This document shows, one piece after another, positions 49,186 to 63,149 of a stretch of 64,000 nt of DNA. The stretch's first letter is position 1; each line of letters opens with the position of its first letter. The DNA is taken from assembly GCF_001194135.2 (NCBI RefSeq), contig NC_069005.1, forward strand, positions 12,374,482-12,438,481. The letters are read 5' to 3'. The notes under the pieces were generated by a model. It was not told where the DNA came from, did not search any database, and was given only the letters and a program-made list of their open reading frames with translations. This DNA comes from Octopus bimaculoides (taxonomy: Eukaryota). Position numbers and translations under genes: made by a program.

Positions 49186-51129
49186 TTGTGCGTGTGTGTG
49201 TGTGTGTGNNNNNNNNNNNNNNNNNNNNNNNNNNNNNNNNNNNNNNNNNNNNNNNNNNNNNNNNNNNNNNNNNNNNNNNNNNNNNNNNNNNNNNNNNNNN
49301 NNNNNNNNNNNNNNNNNNNNNNNNNNNNNNNNNNNNNNNNNNNNNNNNNNNNNNNNNNNNNNNNNNNNNNNNNNNNNNNNNNNNNNNNNNNNNNNNNNNN
49401 NNNNNNNNNNNNNNNNNNNNNNNNNNNNNNNNNNNNNNNNNNNNNNNNNNNNNNNNNNNNNNNNNNNNNNNNNNNNNNNNNNNNNNNNNNNNNNNNNNNN
49501 NNNNNNNNNNNNNNNNNNNNNNNNNNNNNNNNNNNNNNNNNNNNNNNNNNNNNNNNNNNNNNNNNNNNNNNNNNNNNNNNNNNNNNNNNNNNNNNNNNNN
49601 NNNNNNNNNNNNNNNNNNNNNNNNNNNNNNNNNNNNNNNNNNNNNNNNNNNNNNNNNNNNNNNNNNNNNNNNNNNNNNNNNNNNNNNNNNNNNNNNNNNN
49701 NNNNNNNNNNNNNNNNNNNNNNNNNNNNNNNNNNNNNNNNNNNNNNNNNNNNNNNNNNNNNNNNNNNNNNNNNNNNNNNNNNNNNNNNNNNNNNNNNNNN
49801 NNNNNNNNNNNNNNNNNNNNNNNNNNNNNNNNNNNNNNNNNNNNNNNNNNNNNNNNNNNNNNNNNNNNNNNNNNNNNNNNNNNNNNNNNNNNNNNNNNNN
49901 NNNNNNNNNNNNNNNNNNNNNNNNNNNNNNNNNNNNNNNNNNNNNNNNNNNNNNNNNNNNNNNNNNNNNNNNNNNNNNNNNNNNNNNNNNNNNNNNNNNN
50001 NNNNNNNNNNNNNNNNNNNNNNNNNNNNNNNNNNNNNNNNNNNNNNNNNNNNACACACACATACACACACACATACATATGCATACGCACACAAATGAAG
50101 AAAAAGTAGCTATATGCATATACTTTTTGGGGGAAATGTGTTACGTTCTGTTGACAGACTTGCACTTAAAATTCCCGCGATTTTAATCAATTTTTTAGTT
50201 ACTGTGATGACAATTTTACCTTTTCATTTATCTTTCAAACACATACACACACACATACACACACACGCATGCACTCACAAACTCGCTCACTATGACATTG
50301 TTTCTCTCTCGATAATTTTTTCTCCTCCTCTTCTTGTATTCAAAATGAAAGTCAGCTTTTAAAGTCTGTGTTGCATTTTCTATATTTTGAGTTACAGGGA
50401 AGCACATGCGCGCACACGCACGCTCTCACACATACACACGCACGCACGCACACAAACAAACCCCCAGATAACTATATATACATATAATCTCTATTTGAAG
50501 TGTGTTGTGTTGTGTTGACACATGCACTTTTATTTTCACCGTGTTTAAATAAAAACTTTTTACTATGGTGACAACTCATTTTTACTATCTATCTATCTAT
50601 TTACCTCTCTCTATATATATGTGTGTGTATGTACGTATATATGCGTGTATGTATGTATGCATGCACATGTGTATGCATGGACATGTGTATGCACCAACAT
50701 ATATACATAGGAAGACAGTTATACTTTCCATGAAATATTATTATAGTATTAATAACTTTTCTAATAAGATGAACATATCTTGTCTTCCAATATTTCTTTC
50801 ACCTTCTCTCTGAGTTTTCTGTTATAATAATTATCTGTAAATAAATTAAAGTTCTATTAACTTTTATCTACTCATCATAGTGTTAACATTATTCTCAAAG
50901 CTGTACTCTGTTATTAACACATTAACCTCTTACATAATTATTAACGATGTGTTAAAATATTTTGTTACAATACACCTGCTGCGCCATATCTTTTGCTTTC
51001 ATTATCCTCATTCAAGCGTCTATTTAGTTATCTGTTAAACATACTTTATGTACAATGGCTCCTCTTAGTGTAAATTATATTAACTCAATGCTTCCAACTT
51101 CATTCTAATGAAGCAGAACTTTCGTTAAC

Positions 51130-51760
51130 GATACTCGTGGCGCGCAGTGGATTTCGTTATTTTCACTATCAGTCATTTTCGCTTAGATGACCTGTCCTTA
51201 CTTGATCGGGATTACGGCTTGCATCCCATCAGACACATACAAAGTATTTGCCTTCTGTATCCAAAGTCATAAAGTACCTTTCTTTACAATTTGAAAGCTG
51301 GAACATATATCCAACCAATATTTATCGGACCTGTAGAACATATAGACTTGAAGATTGAGCGCTGTACTAACAGCAAATTGGTTGGCAGAGTACGCCATTA
51401 CGTAGGCTGCTGGAATGTTCTTTCGGTTCATGGTATTTAGATAGATTTATTTTACGATCATCAACCGTGTTCTTCCCATAGTTCAATCTGTCTTCATATA
51501 ATTAAATGTTTGCTAGAAGCTGATCTTTGTAAGATGTGATTCGAGAACTTCAATTGTTTTACAACATTCGCTCCCAGCTACCAATGATACGGGCTGGAAA
51601 TAATCGAGTTCTTTCTGTGTCAATGAGCAAGGCTTCTATTCGATATAAGTTGAGGTAAAGAACGATTTCATCATCTTAGCATTTACTGAATCAGTCACAC
51701 TTATCTGACACAGATGATTCTTACCCCCGGCATTGAAAATGGTTTTATTGTTCTTAGTTA
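51130..51760 (-). mobile_element. Highly degenerate RTE-like LINE fragment
   Basis: LVAGSECCKTIEVLESHLTKI and YEDRL relics resemble LYGSECW..LEVFE..LRKI and WEDR. Confidence 0.4.
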
Positions 51761-51935
51761 TCGCGTATAGGATTTCACAATTATAAGCACAAGCATGGAT
51801 GTGTGATTAAAACGCTCGCTTTGTAAACACACAGTCTCGGGTTCAGTTCCACTGCGCAGAACCTTTGGCTAATGTCTTCTGTTATAGTCCCAGCCTGAGC
51901 AAGAATTACGTCAGTAGTCAAACTCTGAAACCTTG

Positions 51936-51969
<34 letters not shown>

Positions 51970-51973
<4 letters not shown>

Positions 51974-53222
51974 GTTATCCTAAAAGTTCTGTCAGAATTT
52001 TGAATAAAAGGAAACAAGTGATCAAATGTTATATTTAATTGAAATTTAATCATCAATGTACTTTATGTGATTATCTATGACCTCCTTCCATCTATTTACA
52101 GGCTTTTAATCCCATCAATGTAGANNNNNNNNNNNNNNNNNNNNNNNNNNNNNNNNNNNNNNNNNNNNNNNNNNNNNNNNNNNNNNNNNNNNNNNNNNNN
52201 NNNNNNNNNNNNNNNNNNNNNNNNNNNNNNNNNNNNNNNNNNNNNNNNNNNNNNNNNNNNNNNNNNNNNNNNNNNNNNNNNNNNNNNNNNNNNNNNNNNN
52301 NNNNNNNNNNNNNNNNNNNNNNNNNNNNNNNNNNNNNNNNNNNNNNNNNNNNNNNNNNNNNNNNNNNNNNNNNNNNNNNNNNNNNNNNNNNNNNNNNNNN
52401 NNNNNNNNNNNNNNNNNNNNNNNNNNNNNNNNNNNNNNNNNNNNNNNNNNNNNNNNNNNNNNNNNNNNNNNNNNNNNNNNNNNNNNNNNNNNNNNNNNNN
52501 NNNNNNNNNNNNNCCCTTCTCGGTTGCGGTTGAGCTTTTTCCCTTTACCAAGCCACTGTTTACGACGTTTAACATTTCGATAGAAGATCCATTTTTCGTT
52601 ACCAGTCACAAGTCCATCCAAAAAGGTTGAAATGAGTTCGCGGGAATGGAGAGAAGAGCAGATGTCAACTCGGAATTTGCGGATGCTTTCGGAAAATTCA
52701 TGAGGCACCCGTTTTCCAAGTTCAGGAACATTTCCAAGTTGTTGAAGATGACGATGAACTGTTGCATGGTTTGAACTAAGCTTTATTGCCAATTTGTAAA
52801 CTGACGATGCAGGATTTTCTTCAAGTAATGTCTCAAGGAGCTTATCATCAAACTCCACTGGACGCCTTGTTTGATCTTCATCTTCAAGGCTGCAATCTCC
52901 CCTTCTGAATTTTCCAAACCATCTTCTGCAAGTTCTTTCATTCAAGCATTCTTTCCCATAAACTGAGTGTATGTTTCGAATCGCTTCGGTTGTAGAGTTT
53001 CCTTTGTTTGTACTCATAAAGCATTATGTGCCTCAAATGCTCTAACATCGAAGTATCCAGAGAAATTTTAATTTTATTATTCTGTAAAATAATATTTAAT
53101 TAGTTTAAATGTACGCAAATGCATAAAAATAATTTTTAATTCCATTAGAATTCTAAAATACTATTAAATTTCATTCAACTTTAAAAAAGGTAAAATCGGA
53201 CAGAACTTATGAGATGACCTGA
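51970..53222 (-). mobile_element. Near full-length mariner spanning an N gap
   Basis: TIRs TCAGGTCATCTCATAAGTTCTGTCCGATTTT / TCCGGTTATCCTAAAAGTTCTGTCAGAATTT with TA flanks. The ORF has CRRWFGKFRRGDCSLEDE, RVPH and VTGNEKWIFY (first catalytic D changed to N, so inactive). Confidence 0.92.
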
Positions 53223-53464
53223 TATATGTGTGTATATATATATGTGTGTGTGTGTATGTGTGTGTGTGTGTGTGTGTGTGTCCAAAGTGAGTAGTTCGAA
53301 AATTTCTATTAAAGATGTAATTAGTAACAAAACTCAAAAGTAATGTTTGTACCACTTCAACATGGCTTTTCCGTAGGGAACTACATTACTACCATTTTTT
53401 TAACCCAAGGAGGACATCTCCTCCAGCTGGCAAACGACACAAGCTGTGTCCGTTATATTGCCGG

Positions 53465-53539
<75 letters not shown>

Positions 53540-53564
53540 ATATATATATCTATGTCTGTATGTG

Positions 53565-53601
<37 letters not shown>

Positions 53602-53859
53602 GTATGTATCTATGCCTGTATCTACGCATGTATACATGTATATACATATATACACGTGAATAACGAACATAGTGCGTGTGTTTATTTGGCAAACAAAATG
53701 ATCATTCTGCAATATAATAATATTAATGTGTGTGTGTGTGTGTGTGTTTATTGTGTGTTTGTATATATACATATATTGAGTGTGTGCGCGCGATCGCTAG
53801 ACTGTGTTCAAAACCCTAATCGCTAAACCACGTGCCTTCAGAGGAAGGCGAACTATTAG

Positions 53860-53901
<42 letters not shown>

Positions 53902-54499
53902 ACACACACACGCACACACATACACACACACACACACAGACACACATATACATACATACATATGTTAGAGTGTATCTGTGCGTATGTGTGTACATAAGCA
54001 TGTATGTATGCATGCATGCAAGCGTGTGTGTATGTATGTGTGAATGGTGGGAGTGTTTGCGATTTTGTATGTCTTGCCACCACATGGTAACCGATACTGG
54101 CTTCGGTAAAGGAGACCTATTGATATATATATAGAGAGAGAGAGAGGGGGACCTGACAATATATTTTGAGGTCGATATTCTTTCGTCTCAACCCTTCGAG
54201 CGGTGCTCCGGCATGGCTTCGTTTTGTTTGAAACTCATGTCGCTCAGTCTTTTTGCTTGTTGGAGACGATTTGATCCGCATGAATTTTTGGGCCCGAACC
54301 TGAGGAGTAATCCATCACTGTGGAGTGATTCCTGGCCAAGCTTGTATTACATCAAAATGTCACCCTGTGTGCTATTTTTTTTCCTCCTTCATTCAAACAA
54401 TACATACGTGTCTGATGGACGGTTAGCTCACTAACGTCTTACATTATTTTGCTGAAAACACATTTTGCCTTCATTGTCGCTTCATTATTTTCATTGGGC

Positions 54500-54950
54500 T
54501 ATAGACGGCGAGCTGGGAGAATCGTTAGTACACCGGATAAAAAACGTAGCGGCATTTCGTCCGTCATTACACCCCGAGTCCAAATGCTAACAAGGTCGAG
54601 TTTGACTTCCATCCTTTTGGAATCGATAAAATAAGTATCAATCTAGCACTGGGTTCAAAATAATCGGCGTACCCCATCTTGCATATAGTAGAAAGGAAAG
54701 GTGCTCCGATCTACGTAATCGATTAGCTCCATCCCCTTAAAATTGCTGGCTTTTGTGCCAAAATTAGACAGAGTTATTTTCATGAGCCTAGTAAAGGCGG
54801 CGATGTAGTAGAACTATTAGTGCTTTGGATAAAATGCCCAGCGAACTTTCTTCCGAATCTTTACGTTTTGAGCTCTAATACCTCCGAGGACAACTTTGAC
54901 TTTGAACAGGAATCGATGATTTCGACATCTCACTCCCAATATAATTTGAG
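54500..54950 (+). mobile_element. Tandem degenerate SINE family A copies
   Basis: Heads at about 54503 and 54793, with core motifs. Confidence 0.7.
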
Positions 54951-57178
54951 ACCATTATTTCCTTGGGCATTATTCCTTAATATCTTCCATTTGGGCATCT
55001 CATTCTATTCTTTCTCTTGACATCCCCTAGTCAACATCTTAGAAGAAGAACAAATTTCACACAGCAGGATGCTGGGTTTACTCACATTTTCTGCCGTCTT
55101 TCCGTGATTTTAAATTATCTTCCAGTATTCGGTAAACTATTCTTTCTTGTCTTCTAGTTTAGTTTCCGATTGGCACTGATTGACTATAACTCGGATATTC
55201 TGCGATACATTCACACTGATGTTCCTGAGGCCATTATATAATGTCACGTTGTTCAATATGAAACTCTCGTCCATTTGACCCAGCTACGGTTGATCATATC
55301 CCGATTTGCATCCCAGCAGTAAAAGGCCTCAGTAATTGAGTATCTTTCCTTCAATACAGAGTTTTATATCTGATAACCCCGTTTCAGCATCTATAAATGT
55401 TATGTACATGCATTGGTTTGTATGCGTGTGTTTGTCTGTGCTGTTTAGTGGAAGAAGTTTGGTGATGTGGGGTTCGTCTGGTGTAATTAGTATAATATAT
55501 TATAATATACCTCCATCAAGTTTTGTTCATGATTAACGCCAGGCTTTCAGATATCAAAGCAATAATTTCCTAAACTTGATAGTTATTGTTCACATTGTCA
55601 TCTCTTTCTGGCCTCGATTCTCTACGTTTCACTCCTTATCCCCCTACCCAGATCTTATGACCGAAGAAGAAAAGATTCGTCTCTTTAGACGACAAACATT
55701 TTTTTACATGTGAACTAGAGTTGTGATATTTCTATTCTCGGAACTTAAATAATCTTCAGATTATAAACGCATATCTTGTTATCTTTAACAAGCTTTATGT
55801 GTCTACGTTCTTTTAACCGTTATCTTTTCACCACATTATTTTTGTGGCTGCTATGCGTTATTTCCTTCATTATTTTAGTTGCTGGTATCTCTTGCTATCT
55901 ATTCATCTTATATCTATTGCTATAAAACTTCTCCGTCGTCTTTTAAACACCGCTTCTTGCAAACATGTCTTATGCGCTCTTGTTATTGTAATCTACATTA
56001 TATTTACTGAAATTTATTATCAGTTTACTCTTAAACACTTTGCCAACGAATACTTTTAACGAATGAACCGGATTTGTCATATTTGTCATGATTGACAATT
56101 TTTTTTTTTTCCGTTTAAGCAACTGAAAGAGCTGCCTTTTCTGTAATAAGAGATCACTGTTGGTATATAGCTCGAATTATTGCAGGTTCGTTATCATCAG
56201 ATTTTTCAAGTCAAACTTTCAAAAAAGCTGTATGCACTATTGAGGAATTTTCTAATTCTTCTTGGCATGTTTCAAGCGAAAATCACAATTCAACAAAATG
56301 AACTAATTCAAGGCATTCATTGAACAAATTATATAATATTGAACTAATTCATTAACAATTGATGAATAAATTACATAATTTCAATCAGGATTTGATTTGT
56401 AACGTTAACTTGATAGCTGAGAGAAGTGAAAAGTGAATATAATTTTGAAGTAGCATCTATTGATACGTCATGATCCTCTTGTTGATTATGACGTATTTAT
56501 CTTAAAGAACATGTAAATTGGCTGAATCATGAAATCGTTGGTTATTCGTTAGGTTAATTAGCCCTGCACTTCTCACACTGAGTTCAAATCATGCCAATTT
56601 CAATCTTTTTAGTCATGTTGCAGTCAAAGTACCAGTTTTGCATTGGGGTAGATTTATATCTCTATCTTCTTTCCACCTGACAAAGCTGCACCTGTATTTC
56701 AAAGACGATCTAGCAAGATATGTGAAGAGTTTTTTAAAGATATAACTGTGTTAATATGGATGCACGACGGTCATGGAGGAAAAAATCTCATACTTTAAAC
56801 AGAAAATTTAAGACCTGATACTTGCAGCAGAGAAAAATATAATGAACATAGACAATCCCAAATTGTATATAGGTAAGACTAACCACTACTATATATCACG
56901 AAGACAGTGATCGGATGAGTGAATGCAGCACGTATTCTGAAAAGGACTGTACGAGAAAGTGTGATAGTATCACCATATTATTTGTGGACTGGGAATAATA
57001 TGGAAATTATGAATCGGAGTTGAATGTGGAGTTAATGGACCGAGACATAGTATAGAGGTGAAGCTTGTAATGACTGTTTTCTGCTGCAGTCCCTTTCACT
57101 GTCATACCAAAATGCTACTTAGGTTGTGGAATGTATTTTTCCTGGGCTGAAAATTATACCTTAACAGAATTAAGACTG

Positions 57179-57416
57179 TTAGGCGGCGAGTTGGCAGAAA
57201 CGTTAGCACGCCGGGCGAAATGCTTAGCGGTATTTCGTCTGCCGTTACGTTCTGAGTTCAAATTCCTCCGAGGTCGACTTTATCTTTCATCCTTTCGGGG
57301 TCGATAAATTAAGTGCCAGTTACGCACTGGAATCAATGTAATCGACTTAATCCCTTTATCTGTCCTTGTTTGTCCCCTCTATGTTTAGCCCCTTGTGGGT
57401 AATAAAGAAATAAGAA
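57179..57416 (+). mobile_element. Young full-length SINE family A, alternative-tail subfamily
   Basis: Near-consensus head and core; tail ends GGGTAATAAAGAAATAAGAAT. Confidence 0.92.
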
Positions 57417-58494
57417 TTAAGATTGTTAGAAGAAAACGAATTGGGTTGGCTGTTCGATATATTAGTTAATATACAAATATGGAAATGAGAAAATAGAAAT
57501 AAGCCAAAAGGAAGAACAGGCAGTGAATTTAAATAATCCTTCTCAAGTTTGGAACCAAAACATCGAATAATTATTATGGCTACGTGCCAGCTTTCCAATA
57601 TAATGCGAACACGGCCAGATAATACGCTCGTTTGAAATCCCAGCATCTCTCTTCTGGCCATTTCTTCACCAAACCCCAAATCACTGCTGCATCTAATCAC
57701 TCTAAGTGTTTAATTAATCAAAGTCTTACACTGATATTACTAAAATGCGCACAGTGCATTCATGTGTGAATTCCTGTTTATGATATCGATCTCGTTTAAG
57801 TATTTACGTTTACTTAGTTATCTTAGAACAAAAGAGTCGGTTTATGATGAAAGTATTGAGAGACGAATGTAAAATAGTTTCCCTGCAAACAGGAAATTGA
57901 TCGCTGTAATAGCACCATGCGATCAAACAACAAATGTAAAGGTTAACTGGTCCTCCGAGGAAAGAGCAAGCTAGCAAGATCAAATTATATTGTCTATTAC
58001 TGTGCAGCATTTTAGAGAGAGATTAGATTTATATCAATGAACAACGGGGTTAGGATAATACACCAACACATAAAAGCCTAAGATTTTGTCGAAAGCCACC
58101 AGAAATTTTATAGACACGGCCTTTATGGTAATATGTTAAATAGCAGAAGTAGAAATTGGCTTCTACATTTATTTGAAGCCAAAATATTGGTGTTTAACTG
58201 AAACATAAGGTAAGAGAGCCCTCAACAAAAAATTTATCATCATATACTGTTACTGTTTTCCTATGTTCTGAGTTCTAAACACTCCTGTGTGAATTCTCCT
58301 CTTCAAATATCCTAGGTTATTCAATGAAGGATTTTCAATGTACAGACTCGAAAGACATACCTGGAGTGGTAAGATCTCGCGAATGTCGACGAAATGATTC
58401 TGACGTGCCAAGCTGATTGGTTGCGTGATAGAACAGAAAATCGAGCAATCTATTAGTTAACTTATTTAAAGTTCAACTCGGTGGTTAATTATAA

Positions 58495-58700
58495 TCTTTT
58501 TTAATATAGGCACAAGCCTGGAATTGTAGGAGAAAGAGGGTAGCCATTGCATTTTCCAGTGCTTGAATGGCATTTATTTTATCGATGTCGAAAAGTTCAA
58601 AGACAAAGTCGATTGCGGGGAAATTTGAACACAAAACGCAAAGACGGACGAAATGCCACCAAGCATTTTGTCAGGCGTACTAACAGTTCTACCAGCTTGC
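58495..58700 (-). mobile_element. Degenerate SINE family A copy
   Basis: Reverse AAAGACAAAGTCGA..AATTTGAAC..GACGGACGAAATGCC. Confidence 0.75.
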
Positions 58701-59124
58701 TAACTTGGGGATGATTGATTGTAATAAAAGAAGAGAAAATGAAAGAGTGCGTGTGTCTCTCATTGACATAACGACCTTCCCAAAATACAACAAAGTATAT
58801 TGTATTTTGGCACGATAGTACATCAAGAATCTTGCGAATCAAAAAACAGAATTATGAAACATATTTTTCTTTTCCCACTAAACTCCTACTTCTCTAAAAC
58901 ACAATTTTGTTTTTAATCCGATTCAGTGTAAATTAACTTCCATTATTAGTGCACACCTCTTTATATTCTGTTTTCAAAATCCGCCGTGGGTTACATTGAT
59001 ATTTATCAATCATTAAGTGTTGGCCAAATTGATTTTATTACGATAACTTTGTGATGTCGATATTCCTTTTTTAGAAATCTCTATATACATGGTGCTGCAG
59101 CTAATGTAGCAACAGCAGTACTGC

Positions 59125-59133
59125 TGCTGCTAT

Positions 59134-59202
<69 letters not shown>
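59125..59202. repeat. (TAC)n microsatellite
   Basis: Direct. Confidence 0.95.
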
Positions 59203-59928
59203 GGCAATTATCCAGAGTATGTATGCATGTGCGTACAATAAACCGTAAAAGTGCATTAAGAACTATATTTGTAAACACACCTGAGCCAGTGCCAGGTGAG
59301 GAAAATATAATCATTCTCATCTTAGTCATTGTATACATGGGGGTGTCAATAAAATAAAGTTTAAGCCAGGCATTCATTTTAGTTTCTCAATTAGCAAACA
59401 TTGAGCACTGGATAGGAAGCTTTTCCTACTTATCACTCTGTTACAAAAGGTGGGCAGACGTGGCTTTGAATCCATGAATCTATGTCAGAAATATTAAAAT
59501 GACATACAAAATACCTTGGAGTATTTACCTTTATTTCTCGAACATCTTTCAAATAGCACAGGACATTAATGTTGACATTTGGCTTTTATTTACTATGAAA
59601 GAATCAACAGGGGAGATAACCCCTCCCACAACATATATTTAGAATGGGAAGAGAGAAGTTATTCTCTTTGACAGAGAATAGAGTTAGATTGTGTGTGAAA
59701 GACAGATACATAAGTACTGTTGTTACCATTGTAACTAAAAGGTTTTGTTTAAAAAGCAAGAATTTTTAGTGCAAGTCTGTCAAGACAACGCAGCTCAGAC
59801 TTCAAAACAAGAAGAATGTCGCAATATAACAGTATACATAATTATTATTTTGTTGTTTGTGTGTCCATGTATGTGTCTGTGGGTGGGTGAGGGTGTCTGT
59901 GCGTTGTTTTTTTTGAAAGACACATTCG

Positions 59929-59961
<33 letters not shown>

Positions 59962-60004
59962 CGAAAGATACAATATAATTTGTTTCAAGAAAAATAGGCT
60001 GTTG

Positions 60005-60210
60005 AGAGAGACAGAGAAAAAGAAAGAGACAGAGAAAAAGAGAGAGACAGAGAAAAAGAGAGAGACAAAGAAAAAGAAAGAGACAGAGAAAAAGAGAGAG
60101 ACAGAGAAAGAGAGAGAGAGACAGAGAAAAAGAGAGAGACAGAGAAAAAGAGAGAGACAGAGAAAAAGAGAGAGACAGAGAAAAAGAGAGAGACAGAGAG
60201 ACAGAGAGAG
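60005..60210. repeat. 18-bp minisatellite AGAGAGACAGAGAAAAAG (~11 units) within an AG-rich tract
   Basis: Direct; it produces the RETEKK/RQRKRE pseudo-ORFs. Confidence 0.9.
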
Positions 60211-60887
60211 NNNNNNNNNNAGACAGAGAGACAGAGAGAAAGTGTGTGTGTGTGTGTGTGTGTACGTGTGTGTGTACGTGTGTGTGTATGGGTGTGTGTG
60301 TTGTGTGTGTGGGTGTGTGTGTGTGTGTGTGTGCAAGCTAGAAAGATAGAGTGTTGTCGCATAGTAACTAACGAGACTTTCACTATATAACAGTCTACTA
60401 TTAACAGATACTACGTGATTAATAGATATTCTTGCAGACGGATAAAGACTAGTAAACAATAATAACTTTGGGAGGAAATCCAACTAATTAAGTTTTAAAC
60501 AAAAAAACGATCCCTGTATTTACTCTCATAACATTTAAAGCTATATTTCAGACGTAGTATATCTAACTTTGATAACTTTCACATAAATGCTCTGTTAAAA
60601 TTGTTTAGATTTAGCTCTATAAATAATAATACTGTGATATAAATGTGAACGTTGCTGGTGGTAGAATGCACAAGCAATAATAATTCGATATAAAATATGT
60701 AAATTCTAAATGAGTCTCTTTTTAAAATTTTCACCGTAAGTATATCAAGGAATATTACTTCATTTTATTCGTCAAATAAGTCCTCAAAGAAGTGACTCAA
60801 CGGACGAGAGATAGTAGTACAACGTGCAGAATAAGTGATATATAAAAAATAATGAAGTCAATATTTACATATATACACACACATATG

Positions 60888-60922
<35 letters not shown>

Positions 60923-63149
60923 GTGTATGTATGTATGTATGTATGTATTTATGTATGAATTTATACACACACGCGCAAGACACGCACACACACATTAATA
61001 TATATATATATATATANNNNNNNNNNNNNNNNNNNNNNNNNNNNNNNNNNNNNNNNNNNNNNNNNNNNNNNNNNNNNNNNNNNNNNNNNNNNNNNNNNNN
61101 NNNNNNNNNNNNNNNNNNNNNNNNNNNNNNNNNNNNNNNNNNNNNNNNNNNNNNNNNNNNNNNNNNNNNNNNNNNNNNNNNNNNNNNNNNNNNNNNNNNN
61201 NNNNNNNNNNNNNNNNNNNNNNNNNNNNNNNNNNNNNNNNNNNNNNNNNNNNNNNNNNNNNNNNNNNNNNNNNNNNNNNNNNNNNNNNNNNNNNNNNNNN
61301 NNNNNNNNNNNNNNNNNNNNNNNNNNNNNNNNNNNNNNNNNNNNNNNNNNNNNNNNNNNNNNNNNNNNNNNNNNNNNNNNNNNNNNNNNNNNNNNNNNNN
61401 NNNNNNNNNNNNNNNNNNNNNNNNNNNNNNNNNNNNNNNNNNNNNNNNNNNNNNNNNNNNNNNNNNNNNNNNNNNNNNNNNNNNNNNNNNNNNNNNNNNN
61501 NNNNNNNNNNNNNNNNNNNNNNNNNNNNNNNNNNNNNNNNNNNNNNNNNNNNNNNNNNNNNNNNNNNNNNNNNNNNNNNNNNNNNNNNNNNNNNNNNNNN
61601 NNNNNNNNNNNNNNNNNNNNNNNNNNNNNNNNNNNNNNNNNNNNNNNNNNNNNNNNNNNNNNNNNNNNNNNNNNNNNNNNNNNNNNNNNNNNNNNNNTAT
61701 ATATATACAAACATGCATACGTGTATACATGCATGCATGCATATATATATAGGGAAATTCAAATTTGCATTCATAGGAAAATTACTCCGTGAAGCAGTAA
61801 TATTAGCGAAGTCAAACACATACCATCGTTATTCTCACTCAAAATTGCGAATGATCTCGAAAATTATAAAGTCTCGTAAGATTCCATCATATGTTTACAG
61901 CTCTGACAGAGTTCCGATGCAAGCGTTTGTTTGTTTTATGTCGTTATCAGGTAACAAGCCACAAGGGAATGTAATGTTATACGTGTAATTGTAAACTGAA
62001 TGGCTTCCTGAAGTCGTGTATAATGTATCTTCTTTCTCCTGTTTATTCATACAGACATCTGTGTATGTATTTGTGTCTGTCTGTCTACCTATGAATCTAT
62101 TCATCGGTATATACACGTGTGTGTGTGTGTGTGTGTTTGTCTGTGAGAGAGAGAGAGAGAGAAAGAGAGACATTGAAAGATATAGAAGGCTAAACAATGC
62201 AAAATGGACTGGAAGATGTGGTAACGAAAATTAAAAGTAAGTCACTTGGTAATCTTTGTTTTGATTTTTGTTTTTATATTGATGCTACTGTTGTTTAGCC
62301 TTCTATCTCTTTCAACGTCAAATTCCATGTACAATGCTTCAAGCAAACTACAGTATTTTATTATCCTTAATCCTGAGCCAGACCCAGTTTGCAACTACTA
62401 ATGAACTATTCAAACTATCACAGAAACTTGCCACTGTCGGTTGCCAAATCAACTCTAAAACTTTCCATATACAAGGCTTCAAACAAACTATAACATTTTA
62501 TTATACACACACACACGCGCACACACACACACACACACACACATGCACGCACATACAGGCGTAGATGTGGCTCCGTGTTAAGNNNNNNNNNNNNNNNNNN
62601 NNNNNNNNNNNNNNNNNNNNNNNNNNNNNNNNNNNNNNNNNNNNNNNNNNNNNNNNNNNNNNNNNNNNNNNNNNNNNNNNNNNNNNNNNNNNNNNNNNNN
62701 NNNNNNNNNNNNNNNNNNNNNNNNNNNNNNNNNNNNNNNNNNNNNNNNNNNNNNNNNNNNNNNNNNNNNNNNNNNNNNNNNNNNNNNNNNNNNNNNNNNN
62801 NNNNNNNNNNNNNNNNNNNNNNNNNNNNNNNNNNNNNNNNNNNNNNNNNNNNNNNNNNNNNNNNNNNNNNNNNNNNNNNNNNNNNNNNNNNNNNNNNNNN
62901 NNNNNNNNNNNNNNNNNNNNNNNNNNNNNNNNNNNNNNNNNNNNNNNNNNNNNNNNNNNNNNNNNNNNNNNNNNNNNNNNNNNNNNNNNNNNNNNNNNNN
63001 NNNNNNNNNNNNNNNNNNNNNNNNNNNNNNNNNNNNNNNNNATATATATATATATAAATAAATACATACAACACAAACACACACTAACACACTCGTGTGA
63101 AGGCAAGCAATTTTTCAATACACATTGCTGTTTCTATGCTTCCATATTC

